From contig CALUHI010000031.1 in NCBI GenBank assembly GCA_944320405.1, positions 2,031-66,030 on the forward strand: DNA of 64,000 nt, read 5' to 3'. The notes beneath the pieces are model-generated. The model was not told the origin of the DNA. It saw nothing but the letters and a program-made list of their open reading frames with translations, and searched no databases. Positions within the stretch are counted from its first letter, which is position 1. The number at the start of each line of letters is the position of its first letter. Shown here in pieces: positions 38,776-47,877 of this stretch. This DNA is from an uncultured Eggerthellaceae bacterium (GTDB lineage: Bacteria; Actinomycetota; Coriobacteriia; Coriobacteriales; Eggerthellaceae). The translations under genes and the position numbers were made by a program.

Positions 38776-39909
38776 CTATTCCGAAAGGTCGCTGAGCTGC
38801 TGGGCTGTTTTGGCGGTTAGGTCTGCGATTCGCCGCTTCGCCTCATCAACAAGCTGGGCGGCTTCGTTGTGGCTGAGGGGGCCGTGGTCGACCACGTAGA
38901 CGATGATGTTCTCCTGATCTCTCACGAATTGCTCCGCATAGGTCAGCTCGCTGTCTTTCATGGCGTCGGAATAGACTGCATCGATGCCTACGAACAGCAA
39001 GAAAAAGGCAAGGGGGAACGCCGCGAACCAGGCAAGGTGGCTTGCCTTCATATGGTGCGGGGCGTCGTCTTCGCCGATGCGCTCAAGTGGCATGAAGATG
39101 CGCTTGATTTCGGGCAGCTGCAGTGCGCAGACCCCAAGCAGGTTCGTGATGCTGAAGAACGTGGCGGCAACCAGCACAATGCGCCAGATGAGGTAGGCAA
39201 GGAAGTACGTCACCGCCGCTTCAGAGACCCACAGCATCGTGACACCGTCAACCAGCGAGACAAGCACGCCGGCTTCCGAAACGAGCATCGAAGGCGATTC
39301 GTCGAAGGGCAAGCGCACGGCGTCGAACACTTCGCGCGCGCTGATGAACGGGGAAACAGGCTCCAATGCGATGAACACCGCATAGGCGGCGCAAAGCAGA
39401 ATGCACGTTATGACGCCGGTCCATCGGATGACGCCGGCGGGAAGGAAGGTCGGCTCGTATTCCTTTCTCAGGTGCCATCGGGCCACGAGAAGCACCACCA
39501 GGTACAGCGGCACTGCCGCAACGACGAAGCCCCATTCGGCGGCATCCCATTTGGGAAGCTCCAGAAGAAGGCCTGCCATGCAGGTGGCGGAGACGACGAA
39601 CCCCAGGAAGATCCAGAGCTTGCGGCCCTCGTTGAAGCGGTGTAGCCGTCCCCCTTCCCGGTATTTCTGACGCTTGAGGGTTTTTCGAATGACGGCGCAA
39701 TACGCGAAGTTGAGCGATGCAATGGCGCTCAGGCCAAACCAGAACAACGCGATGACCGGCGTCGGCATCGCTGGCGCGAAACGGCTCAAAACCAGCAACA
39801 CGGCAAGCAGCGCGAACGCCTCCAGTGGATAGAGCCCCCAGCGCCTGACGGCGGGGGTTTGCAGAAGATCTCTGACCTTCTGGCTCAGGCTGTTCGCTTC
39901 AGTTCGCAT
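38776..39909 (-). CDS. Multi-pass membrane protein of unknown function
   Basis: 377-aa ORF with ~8 hydrophobic segments and a soluble C-terminal tail. Confidence 0.6.
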   Translation of the reverse strand: MRTEANSLSQKVRDLLQTPAVRRWGLYPLEAFALLAVLLVLSRFAPAMPTPVIALFWFGLSAIASLNFAYCAVIRKTLKRQKYREGGRLHRFNEGRKLWIFLGFVVSATCMAGLLLELPKWDAAEWGFVVAAVPLYLVVLLVARWHLRKEYEPTFLPAGVIRWTGVITCILLCAAYAVFIALEPVSPFISAREVFDAVRLPFDESPSMLVSEAGVLVSLVDGVTMLWVSEAAVTYFLAYLIWRIVLVAATFFSITNLLGVCALQLPEIKRIFMPLERIGEDDAPHHMKASHLAWFAAFPLAFFLLFVGIDAVYSDAMKDSELTYAEQFVRDQENIIVYVVDHGPLSHNEAAQLVDEAKRRIADLTAKTAQQLSDLSE

Positions 39910-40143
39910 CGGGTTCTTTCTGTTTCGACGTTCGGGCTTGCCATGCGGCGGCTAAGAAATCTACCAGAGCCCATTCTATCCGCAACGTCGCCCCCAAGCG
40001 CTCTCAATCAAAAGTGAAGCAAAGAAAGCGTGGGCCTGCCGGATTCCCTCGCGCTCAGCGTAGCGTTTGGCATTGCGTTGGGCGGTGTATTCTGCGACAA
40101 TCGAGTCATATCCAATCGTCCGACGAGAGAGGGAGCGATTGCC

Positions 40144-42474
40144 ATGGCAGAGGGGAAGTCCATCTTCGAGATTGCCGATGCGGGGGCTTACGGAAGCGCC
40201 ACGTCGGCTGCAACTGCCGGATGCGCTGTCGCCAACGCCGACGGGTCGGTCACCGTCCCCACGGTGTGCGGCGGGTGCCACAGCACGTGCCAGATGTTCG
40301 CCGACGTGAAGGACGGCCAGGTGCTGCGCTCGCACGGCGTGCCCGGCGCCTTCAAGACCGACGGCGTGCTGTGCTCGAAGGGTTTGGCGGCGTCGCAGAT
40401 CGCGCACGACCCGCGTCGCGTGCTGTACCCGATGCGCCGCGTGGGCGAAAAGCATTCCGGTAAATTCGAGCGCATCAGCTGGGACGAAGCCATCGCCGAG
40501 CTTGCGGGGAAGGTGAAGGAGGCCGTGGCTGCGCATGGGCCGTGGTCGGTCCAGTTCCTTCGCGGTCAGGCATGCGGCTGGGGCTTCACCTACGACATGA
40601 CGCAGCGTCTGGCGCACTGCGTGGGCACCGAGGTGGGCATGGGTGCGTCTGAGTGCTTCGTGCCGCGCGCCATCACCGAGGGCATGACCTACGGCGGTAT
40701 GCCGTCGTTTGGCGACCTCATTCATGCCGACCTCGTCATCTACTGGGGTCTGCAGCCCTCCTTCTCGAAGGCGCCCATGCTGGGGAAGATCCTGGACGCG
40801 CGCGACCGCGGTGCCAAGTTGGTGGTCATCGACCCGCTTCACTTCCACCTGGGCGCTTGCGCCGACCAGTTCATCCAGGTGGAGCCCGGCACCGACCTCG
40901 CGCTGGCGCTTGCCATGCTGTACGTGGTGGTTGACGAGGGCTTGTGGGACCGCGAGTTCGTGGACCGCTACACCAACGACCCCGGTCTGAAGCGTCTGTC
41001 CGAGCACTTGGCGGGCGGCAACCGTCTGGGAATCGCCTACACGCCCGAGTGGGCAGCATCCATCTGCGGCGTGCCGGCCGACGTTATCACTGCGTTCGCG
41101 CATGAATACGCCACCACGCCGCGCGCCTCCATCGCCACCGGGCACGGCCTTGAGGGCCGCGTGAACGTGGTGCAGACCACGCGCGCCATCTGCATCCTGC
41201 GCTCCATCACGGGGCATCTGGACCGCGAGGGCTGCGACCTGTTCACTCCCAAGTCGCCGCCGCGCAACCCCAACTTCACGCTCATCGACCACGTGTTGCC
41301 CGACTTCGAGCCCGCCGGCCCCACCGGCATGTTCCACGTTCCGCCCTACAATCCCGCCGAGTCGCACTATCCGCTGCTGTTCGGCGGCCAGGGCCTGCTT
41401 CCCACGCCCGACTCGCTGCGCATGATGCACGAAGGCAAGACGGAGGTGTGCATCGTTCAGGGCGCTAACCCCATCGTCACGCAGCCGCAGCCGCCGGTGA
41501 CCGAGGCCGCGTTCAAGAAGATCGGCTACCTGTGCGTGATCGACCCCTACCTCAGCGAGACCGCGCGCCTGGCCGACCTCGTGCTGCCTGCCGCCACCTA
41601 CCTTGAGCGCACCGAGCCCGAGTGGTTCAACTGCACCTTCCCCGAGGTCACGCTGCGCCAGAAGATCGCCACGGTGGGCGAGGCGCTGCCCGATACGCAG
41701 ATCATGATCGAGCTGGGCATCGCGCTGGGCTTCACCGAAGAGTTCCCCACGCACGACATCTCCTACTACATCGACGAGGACCTCAAGCCCTCCGGCATCA
41801 CCTACGAGCAGCTGCGCGAAAGCCCGCACGGCGTGACGTTTGGCAGCCTGGGCGCGCGCGGGTACGAGAAGAACGGTTTCCGCTCGCCCGGCGGAGTGGT
41901 GAACGTGTGGTCTGAAGTGCTCGACGCCCACGGGTTCGATCCGCTTCCCAACTGGGAAGACAGCTCGGAATCGGTTCGCAGCAAGCCGGAACTGGCCGCC
42001 GAGTACCCCTACGTGGTGTTCACCGGACGCTCGGGCCCGATGTACGTACACGAGCAGCGTCGCACCATTCCATGGCTGCGCGAGATGCAGCCCGAGGGGC
42101 GCGCGATGGTGAACACGCGCCGCGCCGCCCAGCTGGGTCTGAAGGATGGCGACTGGGCGCGCATCAGCTCGCCGCGCGGCTCCATTCTGATGAAGGTGGA
42201 AGCCACGCCCATTCTGCGCGAGGACTGGATCTACGTTCCCGGCGGCTGGGCCGACGCCAACTACAACTACCTGGGCATCGACGACGACCTCGATCCCATT
42301 TCCAGCCAGGCAAACTACACCGCCTGCCTGGGCAAGATCGAGAAAGCCGAGCCACCCTGCCAGCCTGCGAGCGCGGGTGGTTCTGCGTCGCCCAAGCGCG
42401 GCGGGCTTCTGTCGCGTCTGTTCGGGGGAGGCGCCGGCAAGGCGTCTGCGTCCGAGGAAGGGAAGGGGGCCTAG
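40144..42474 (+). CDS. Molybdopterin (bis-MGD, DMSO-reductase-family) oxidoreductase catalytic subunit with no twin-arginine signal
   Basis: N-terminal FS0 cluster motif CGGCHSTCQM...C. A molybdopterin oxidoreductase core and a dinucleotide-binding C-terminus. ATG 40144 lies behind GAGAGGGAG. No RR motif in the first 40 aa. Confidence 0.9.
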   Translation: MAEGKSIFEIADAGAYGSATSAATAGCAVANADGSVTVPTVCGGCHSTCQMFADVKDGQVLRSHGVPGAFKTDGVLCSKGLAASQIAHDPRRVLYPMRRVGEKHSGKFERISWDEAIAELAGKVKEAVAAHGPWSVQFLRGQACGWGFTYDMTQRLAHCVGTEVGMGASECFVPRAITEGMTYGGMPSFGDLIHADLVIYWGLQPSFSKAPMLGKILDARDRGAKLVVIDPLHFHLGACADQFIQVEPGTDLALALAMLYVVVDEGLWDREFVDRYTNDPGLKRLSEHLAGGNRLGIAYTPEWAASICGVPADVITAFAHEYATTPRASIATGHGLEGRVNVVQTTRAICILRSITGHLDREGCDLFTPKSPPRNPNFTLIDHVLPDFEPAGPTGMFHVPPYNPAESHYPLLFGGQGLLPTPDSLRMMHEGKTEVCIVQGANPIVTQPQPPVTEAAFKKIGYLCVIDPYLSETARLADLVLPAATYLERTEPEWFNCTFPEVTLRQKIATVGEALPDTQIMIELGIALGFTEEFPTHDISYYIDEDLKPSGITYEQLRESPHGVTFGSLGARGYEKNGFRSPGGVVNVWSEVLDAHGFDPLPNWEDSSESVRSKPELAAEYPYVVFTGRSGPMYVHEQRRTIPWLREMQPEGRAMVNTRRAAQLGLKDGDWARISSPRGSILMKVEATPILREDWIYVPGGWADANYNYLGIDDDLDPISSQANYTACLGKIEKAEPPCQPASAGGSASPKRGGLLSRLFGGGAGKASASEEGKGA

Positions 42475-42475
42475 C

Positions 42476-43021
42476 ATGCAGTACGCGTTCCGTTTCGACT
42501 CTCGCCGCTGCGCGCAGTGCTTCGCGTGCGAGGTCGCTTGCAAGTCCGCCCACGACCTGCGTCCGCATGCGCAGGAAGTTCCCGGGACCCAGGGGCCTCG
42601 CTACCGTTCGGTGGTCACGGTGACCGACCCAGATAATCCCGTCCATCCCATCCAATACGTGTCCATGGCGTGCATGCACTGCGGCTCGCCCGACTGCATG
42701 GCGGTGTGCCCGACCAAGGCGATCTACCGCGATCCAGAGTTCGGCGCGGTGCTGGTGGACCGCAACAAATGCATCGGCTGCCGATACTGCTCGTGGGCGT
42801 GCGAGTTCGGTGCGCCGCAATTCGACCGCGATGGCCTGATGCAGAAGTGCGACATGTGCATCGACCGCCTGCGCGAGGGCAAGCAGCCCGCGTGCGTAGA
42901 GAACTGCTGCGGCGGCGCCATCAAGTTCGGCCCGGTCGAGCAGGTGGAAGGCGATGTGCGCGCGAAAGCCGCCTGCCAGGTGCTGAAGAAGGGCCTGCCC
43001 GCAAAGGCGCTGCATAGCTGA
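42476..43021 (+). CDS. 4Fe-4S ferredoxin-type electron-transfer subunit (DmsB-like)
   Basis: Cys clusters CAQCFACEVAC, CMHCGSPDCMAVCP, CIGCRYCSWAC and CDMC. The ATG lies 1 nt after the upstream stop. Confidence 0.9.
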   Translation: MQYAFRFDSRRCAQCFACEVACKSAHDLRPHAQEVPGTQGPRYRSVVTVTDPDNPVHPIQYVSMACMHCGSPDCMAVCPTKAIYRDPEFGAVLVDRNKCIGCRYCSWACEFGAPQFDRDGLMQKCDMCIDRLREGKQPACVENCCGGAIKFGPVEQVEGDVRAKAACQVLKKGLPAKALHS

Positions 43022-43968
43022 TGGAAGAGCGCAGCGAGATCCCGCTGATATGCTTCACGCTGTTTGCCCCCGCTGCGGCAGGGGCGACGGCGTTTTCGCT
43101 GCTTTTAGGCGGTGGGACGGTTCTTGCTGCCGCCGTTGCGTTGATGGTGACGGTGGGCATGCTGGCGTCGGTGGCGCATTTGGCGCGTCCGTTGCGCGCG
43201 CCGCGGTCGCTTGCGCACTGGAAGAGCTCGTGGCTCTCTCGCGAAATCATCGCGGTGTCGGCGTTCTGGGCGCTGGCGGTGTTGTGGCTTGCGGCGGAAC
43301 TGCTTGTGCGTTCATCGATGTTTCCGCAGATGACGGCATTGTCTGGTGGCTTTCCGGTTGCTTTTGCGCTGAACGTGCTCGCTGCCGTGGCGGGTGTGGC
43401 GCTGGTCCCGGTGATCGCGAAAGCGTACCGTGTGCATGGCCAACCGGCATGGAACGGCTCCGATACGCTGTGGGAACTTGTGGCGGGGGCCGTGGGTTCG
43501 GGCGGCGCTGTTGCAGCGACGGTTTCGGCATGGCAGTGCGTCGCGCAAGGTGGTGCTGACGGTATCGCGTTGTGGTGCTGCTCCCCGTTGACGCTGGGCC
43601 TGGTTGCGCTTCTGGCCGTTTCCGTGTCGGGCTTGATCATGAACCATGCACAGCGTATGCGTGCCCAGCGCGTGTTCGAGCTTGTCGAAAGGGAAGCGTC
43701 CCCGCGCGTCTGCGCTGCTCGGGATGCGCTTGCGGAAAACCCTGGCGCGCCACGCGTCTACCTTGTGCTCGATTCTGCAGCGGGTCTGTGCGCGTTCATT
43801 GCGTGCGTCGCCGCGTTCCTGCTAGGGGAAGGGGCGTTCGGCAGCGTTGCCGTCGCTTTGGCGTTGACAGTTGCGGTCGTGCTGGAACTGTCTGCCCAAG
43901 CAGCCGTTCGCAACCGGTTCTATTCGCTCGCCCAGCACGCACGCTACGTCGTGCGGCAGGGGCGGTAG
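43021..43968 (+). CDS. DmsC-like membrane anchor subunit
   Basis: SVAHLARPLRAPRSLAHWKSSWLSREI signature and ~8 TM segments. Its start overlaps the upstream stop. Confidence 0.75.
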   Translation: MEERSEIPLICFTLFAPAAAGATAFSLLLGGGTVLAAAVALMVTVGMLASVAHLARPLRAPRSLAHWKSSWLSREIIAVSAFWALAVLWLAAELLVRSSMFPQMTALSGGFPVAFALNVLAAVAGVALVPVIAKAYRVHGQPAWNGSDTLWELVAGAVGSGGAVAATVSAWQCVAQGGADGIALWCCSPLTLGLVALLAVSVSGLIMNHAQRMRAQRVFELVEREASPRVCAARDALAENPGAPRVYLVLDSAAGLCAFIACVAAFLLGEGAFGSVAVALALTVAVVLELSAQAAVRNRFYSLAQHARYVVRQGR

Positions 43969-43979
43969 GCGGCTTTCCG

Positions 43980-45620
43980 CTATTCCCCGCAGCCTTGGGC
44001 GCACCAGGCGCATGCCGACGGAGTGGCGGCGATGCCCCCCAGCGCGGTTTCGCGCAGCGCGGCGGGCAGCGTGCGGCCCACGGTGTCCATGGCGGCGACC
44101 GTCTCATCGAAGGGCACTAGGTTCGGGATGCCGGCAAGCGCCATCTGGGCGCAGGTCAGGGCCATGGCGGCGGCCGACCCGTTGCGCTTTTGGCAGGGTA
44201 TCTCTACCAGTCCACCCACTGGGTCGCACACCAGCCCCATCAGGCAGCAAAGCGCGTTCGAGGCGGCGTCCAGCGCCGCAGCGGGCGACCCGCCCGACAT
44301 TTCCACGGCAGCGGCAGCGGCCATGGCGGCGGCGGTTCCCACCTCGGCTTGGCATCCGCCTTCGGCCCCCGACACCGTGGCGTTTCGGGCGACCAGGCAA
44401 CCGACGGCGGCCGCGGTCAAAATGCCGCGCTTCAATTCGTCGTCGGTGAACCCTTTCCCATTCTGCAGGGCAAACAGAACGCCCGGCAGCACGCCCGATG
44501 AACCTGCGGTGGGAGTGGCCACAATGCGGCCCATGCAGGCGTTGGTTTCGAGCACCGCCATCGCGCGCGCCATGGCGTCTGCGGCGATGCCGTCCACCAC
44601 GGCGTTGGTTCGCGTGCAGGACGCAACGATGTCGTGTGCCTCGCCGCCGATGAGCCCGCCGATGGATTGCTGCGGGTTTGCGAGCGGCTCTTCAGTAGAG
44701 GCGCGCATGACTTCGATGACGCGCTCCAGGTACGCTTCGGTATCGCATTCGGTTCCGTCAAGGGCGTAAAGCGCCTGCTCACGCGCTTCCATTGCCTGGG
44801 CGATGCTGCAGCTTTCGCGCTTGCACAAGTCCAAAAGCTCTTGCCCGGTGGCGAAATCGCAGGCAGCGAACGTGTTTTCCGCGCGTTCGATTTCCTCGTC
44901 GGAGGTAGGCGCGGCATGCTGCGTTTCGTCTTGCCCCTCGGCGGGGATGATGCGCACGCCGAACACACTGGGACTCGATTCGATTTCGCGCTTCGCCGAT
45001 GCGGGCACGGCGCCGTCCACTTCCATGACGGTGTAGGCGCGCGCGCCGCGACGGGTGCGGTACATGCGCGTGGTGGCGATGTTCACGCTGGCGTCGGCCA
45101 GGCAGCGTGCGATGTGCGCGAGCACGCCGCGCTCGTCTTTCTGGCTGACTACCACGCTGGTGCGCTTGCCCGACACGTCCACGTCCACGCCGTCGATGCG
45201 CCGGATGGCCGCTGCGCCTCCGCCAATGCTCACGCCGCGCACGTCGATTTCGGCGCCCTCGGCGTCGACGATGTGCATGTCAACCGTGTTGGGATGGTCG
45301 GCACCTGCTGCTTCGGCCTGCGCGTCGGTTGCGCGCGTGAACGCGAACTCGAGTCCGGTCCCCTTCGCCAAAAAGAACGAATCGCGGATGCGCAAGTCGT
45401 CGGCTTCCATGCCCATCAGGCCTGCCACCAGGGCTTTGTCGGTGCCGTGCCCGGTGCCCGTGTGCGCAAACGATCCGTACAGCACGATATCGGCGCGCAC
45501 GGGGGGCGCCGACAGCAGGCGCCGCGCCATGCGCGCGATGCGCAGCGCGCCGGCGGTGTGCGAGCTGGAGGGCCCCACCATGATGGGTCCGATGATGTCG
45601 TGCAGGCCAAGGGGTTCCAT
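43980..45620 (-). CDS. sdaA: Iron-sulfur-dependent L-serine ammonia-lyase, fused beta-alpha form
   Basis: HDIIGPIMVGPSSSHTAGALRIA N-terminus (beta), an ACT-like segment, then an alpha domain (GGCQAEVGTAAAMAA). 546 aa. Confidence 0.9.
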   Translation of the reverse strand: MEPLGLHDIIGPIMVGPSSSHTAGALRIARMARRLLSAPPVRADIVLYGSFAHTGTGHGTDKALVAGLMGMEADDLRIRDSFFLAKGTGLEFAFTRATDAQAEAAGADHPNTVDMHIVDAEGAEIDVRGVSIGGGAAAIRRIDGVDVDVSGKRTSVVVSQKDERGVLAHIARCLADASVNIATTRMYRTRRGARAYTVMEVDGAVPASAKREIESSPSVFGVRIIPAEGQDETQHAAPTSDEEIERAENTFAACDFATGQELLDLCKRESCSIAQAMEAREQALYALDGTECDTEAYLERVIEVMRASTEEPLANPQQSIGGLIGGEAHDIVASCTRTNAVVDGIAADAMARAMAVLETNACMGRIVATPTAGSSGVLPGVLFALQNGKGFTDDELKRGILTAAAVGCLVARNATVSGAEGGCQAEVGTAAAMAAAAAVEMSGGSPAAALDAASNALCCLMGLVCDPVGGLVEIPCQKRNGSAAAMALTCAQMALAGIPNLVPFDETVAAMDTVGRTLPAALRETALGGIAATPSACAWCAQGCGE

Positions 45621-45853
45621 AAGGCTGCCTTTCCGGGTAAGCGCGCCCCGGATGTTCGGGGCGCTGCATTTGCTAGGGCAATCGGTTCGCGCTGTAACTG
45701 CTCCAACGACGTGCCGCGTTGGGGGCGTTGTTCCTGTCAGTGCAAATGGTACCGCAACGCCCGCGCCTTTCGCCCGGTGGTTTGGGGGGGTTCGCCGCTG
45801 TGTGGGAAGGTTTACCCTTGCGCATTCGCGACTAAAGCTTTACTTTCGGGTCA

Positions 45854-45888
45854 CACGCGCGTGGCGCGTGCTTTTCGTATTTGCTTTG
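45854..45888 (+). terminator. Terminator-like hairpin plus U-tract inside the sdaA/ppaC divergent intergenic region
   Basis: cacgcgc-gtg-gcgcgtg followed by cttttcgtatttgctttg. Lies 84 nt upstream of the ppaC ATG, with no plus-strand gene upstream. Confidence 0.35.
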
Positions 45889-45953
45889 CCGGGGCGCAGC
45901 GCTTTCCGGTGGGGCATTTTTCGTTTAGAGCGGCTTTGGAAAGGACCGGACGC

Positions 45954-46895
45954 ATGGCGGAAACCATCATCGTCGTAGGCCATAAGAACCCCGATAACGA
46001 CGCCATCTGCGCCGCGATCGGCTATGCGGAACTGAAGAACATCCTGGCGGACCGCGACGCCCCGGGTTATGTGTACAAGCCGGCGCGCCTGGGTCAGCTG
46101 CCGCCCGAGACCGGTTGGGTGCTGGGCAAGCTGGGCATTCCCGTGCCGGAGCTCATCGACCACGTTGATCCCGGCCAGAAGGTTATTCTGGTTGACCACA
46201 ACGAAGTGCTTCAGGCAGTCGACGGCATCGAGGACGCCGATCTTCTCGAGATCATCGACCATCACCGCATCGGCGGCTTGGTGACAGCTGGTCCCATCAA
46301 GTTCCACAACCTTCCCATTGGCTCTTCCGCCACGGTGGTCGCCAAGGAATTCGAGCGCGAGGGCATCGAGCCGTCCAAGGAAACGGCGGCCATGCTGCTT
46401 TCCGCGCTTATGACCGACACCGTGCTGCTGAAGTCGCCCACGGCTACGAAGTCCGACCACTATCAGGCTGAATGGCTGGCGAAGTTCGCCGGCGTTGACG
46501 CGATGGAGTGGGGCAGCCAGGTTATCAAGAGCCGCGGCAGCGGAGCCGACCTGCCCATCGATCGCTTGGTGGCAGCCGACGCCAAGGAGTTCCAGGTGGG
46601 CGACGACATCGTGTTCATCGCTCAGCGCGAAACCGTTGATGGCAAGGCGGTCATGGAGCGCGAGGCGGAAATGCGCGACTACATGAAGAAGGTCATCGCC
46701 GAGAACGGCTACCGCAGCTTCCTGCTGATGGTCACCGACATCATCGAAGAGGGCTCCACCTTCATCTGCGAAGGCGATTGCGCGCTTATCGACAAAGCGT
46801 TCGGCATCTCGGTTGACGTGCCGGGCGGCGTGTGGATGCCCGGCGTGCTCAGCCGCAAGAAGCAGGTTGCCGCACCTATTCTGGCGCTGGGGTAG
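45954..46895 (+). CDS. ppaC: Manganese-dependent (family II, DHH) inorganic pyrophosphatase
   Basis: VVGHKNPDNDAICAA, LVDHNE, IIDHHRIGG and a DHHA2 C-terminus. Confidence 0.9.
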   Translation: MAETIIVVGHKNPDNDAICAAIGYAELKNILADRDAPGYVYKPARLGQLPPETGWVLGKLGIPVPELIDHVDPGQKVILVDHNEVLQAVDGIEDADLLEIIDHHRIGGLVTAGPIKFHNLPIGSSATVVAKEFEREGIEPSKETAAMLLSALMTDTVLLKSPTATKSDHYQAEWLAKFAGVDAMEWGSQVIKSRGSGADLPIDRLVAADAKEFQVGDDIVFIAQRETVDGKAVMEREAEMRDYMKKVIAENGYRSFLLMVTDIIEEGSTFICEGDCALIDKAFGISVDVPGGVWMPGVLSRKKQVAAPILALG

Positions 46896-46924
46896 GCTTC
46901 GGCATAATAGCGTTTGCATGCAGC

Positions 46925-46954
46925 GGGGCGCCTTCAGGCGCCCCGTTTTGTTTG
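46925..46954 (+). terminator. Intrinsic terminator after ppaC
   Basis: ggggcgcc-ttca-ggcgcccc followed by gttttgtttg. Confidence 0.8.
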
Positions 46955-47022
46955 CGATCGCTTTCAGCGAATGCGACGGTGTGGCCCATTGATCGTTTCA
47001 TTTTATGGACGATGGGTGATAA

Positions 47023-47040
47023 ATAGAACATATGTTCTAT
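47023..47040. promoter_or_regulatory. 18-bp perfect palindrome ATAGAACATATGTTCTAT (Cheo/LexA-type GAAC-N4-GTTC box) overlapping the -35 region of a TATAAT promoter
   Basis: GAAC-N4-GTTC core at 47026-47037. TATAAT at 47059-47064 and again at 47113-47118. An AT-rich gap upstream of hicA. Confidence 0.5.
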
Positions 47041-47138
47041 AACAGAGTGGAAAACCGGTATAATCACTGGAGCAAGCCGTATTATTTCTTTGTATAAATT
47101 ATTGGACTATCGTATAATTTACTGAGGAAGGGTGCCCC

Positions 47139-47330
47139 ATGCCGATGACGTATCGAGACGCCGTCCGCTACATCAAAGAGCATGGTGGCATTTTCCTTGA
47201 GCATGGCAAAGAACATGACACGTTCATGATGCCTTGGGGAACCAAGATTCGCCTGCCTCGGCATCGGGGAGATCTGAAGCCCGGTGTGGAAGATGATGTC
47301 AAAAAGCGCGCCGATGGATTGAGGCGCTAA
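47139..47330 (+). CDS. hicA: HicA-family mRNA interferase toxin
   Basis: 63 aa. YRDAVRYIKEHGGIFLEHGKEHDTF and a YcfA/HicA-like fold pattern. RBS GAGGAAGG. Confidence 0.8.
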   Translation: MPMTYRDAVRYIKEHGGIFLEHGKEHDTFMMPWGTKIRLPRHRGDLKPGVEDDVKKRADGLRR

Positions 47331-47353
47331 AAGCTGTCAGGAAGGGAAAACGC

Positions 47354-47815
47354 ATGGAACGCTATTTGTATAAAGCGGTTCTGACCCCGTGCGGCTCAGA
47401 CGGGTATGAGGCGTCTATTCCTGAGCTCGAACTCATGACCCAAGGCAACGATTTTGCCGATGCCGTTTATATGGCGCAGGATCTTCTGTGTTTGGAGATA
47501 GCTGATCGCCTTAAGGAGGGCGATCCTCTTCCGACTGTTGGCAGCTTTACTCCCGAATGCCCTGATGGGAGCACTATTGTGGGAATCATGGCGTTGGTGG
47601 AAGGCGATGATCTTTCCCTCAACGAGATGACGGCGGACGAGGCTGCGGACATTCTTGACGTCTCCCGGTCGCGGATCTACGCAATGGTGCGCGATGGGAT
47701 TCTCAAAGCGCGCAAAGTGGGCGCTACCTTGATGATATCGACGGAAAGCGTCAAGGAACGTTTCAATTCGCCTCGCAAAGCGGGTCGTCCAAGGAAAGGC
47801 GCCATGGAAGCCTGA
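47354..47815 (+). CDS. hicB: HicB-family antitoxin with a C-terminal excisionase/MerR-type HTH
   Basis: N-terminal YKAVLTPCGSDGYEASIPEL...GNDFADAVYMAQDLL. C-terminal MTADEAADILDVSRSRIYAMVRDGIL. Confidence 0.8.
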   Translation: MERYLYKAVLTPCGSDGYEASIPELELMTQGNDFADAVYMAQDLLCLEIADRLKEGDPLPTVGSFTPECPDGSTIVGIMALVEGDDLSLNEMTADEAADILDVSRSRIYAMVRDGILKARKVGATLMISTESVKERFNSPRKAGRPRKGAMEA

Positions 47816-47877
47816 CGATGGTTTTCCCAGTTCGGATGCTGCGAATTGCAAATTAGAGTACAGGTATAATTCTCCTC

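Noticed and set aside
39976-42543. Very long antisense ORFs opposite the molybdoenzyme (855 aa), addB (47677-50727, 1016 aa), fusA (55699-57531) and the FtsX permease (60500-62572). The N-terminal 440 codons of ORF 44634-46895 also fall in this group.
   Set aside because: Same reasoning as above. The sense-strand genes are unambiguous (EF-G, AddB, bis-MGD enzyme, L-serine dehydratase). The ppaC ORF merely runs open upstream through the antisense of sdaA.
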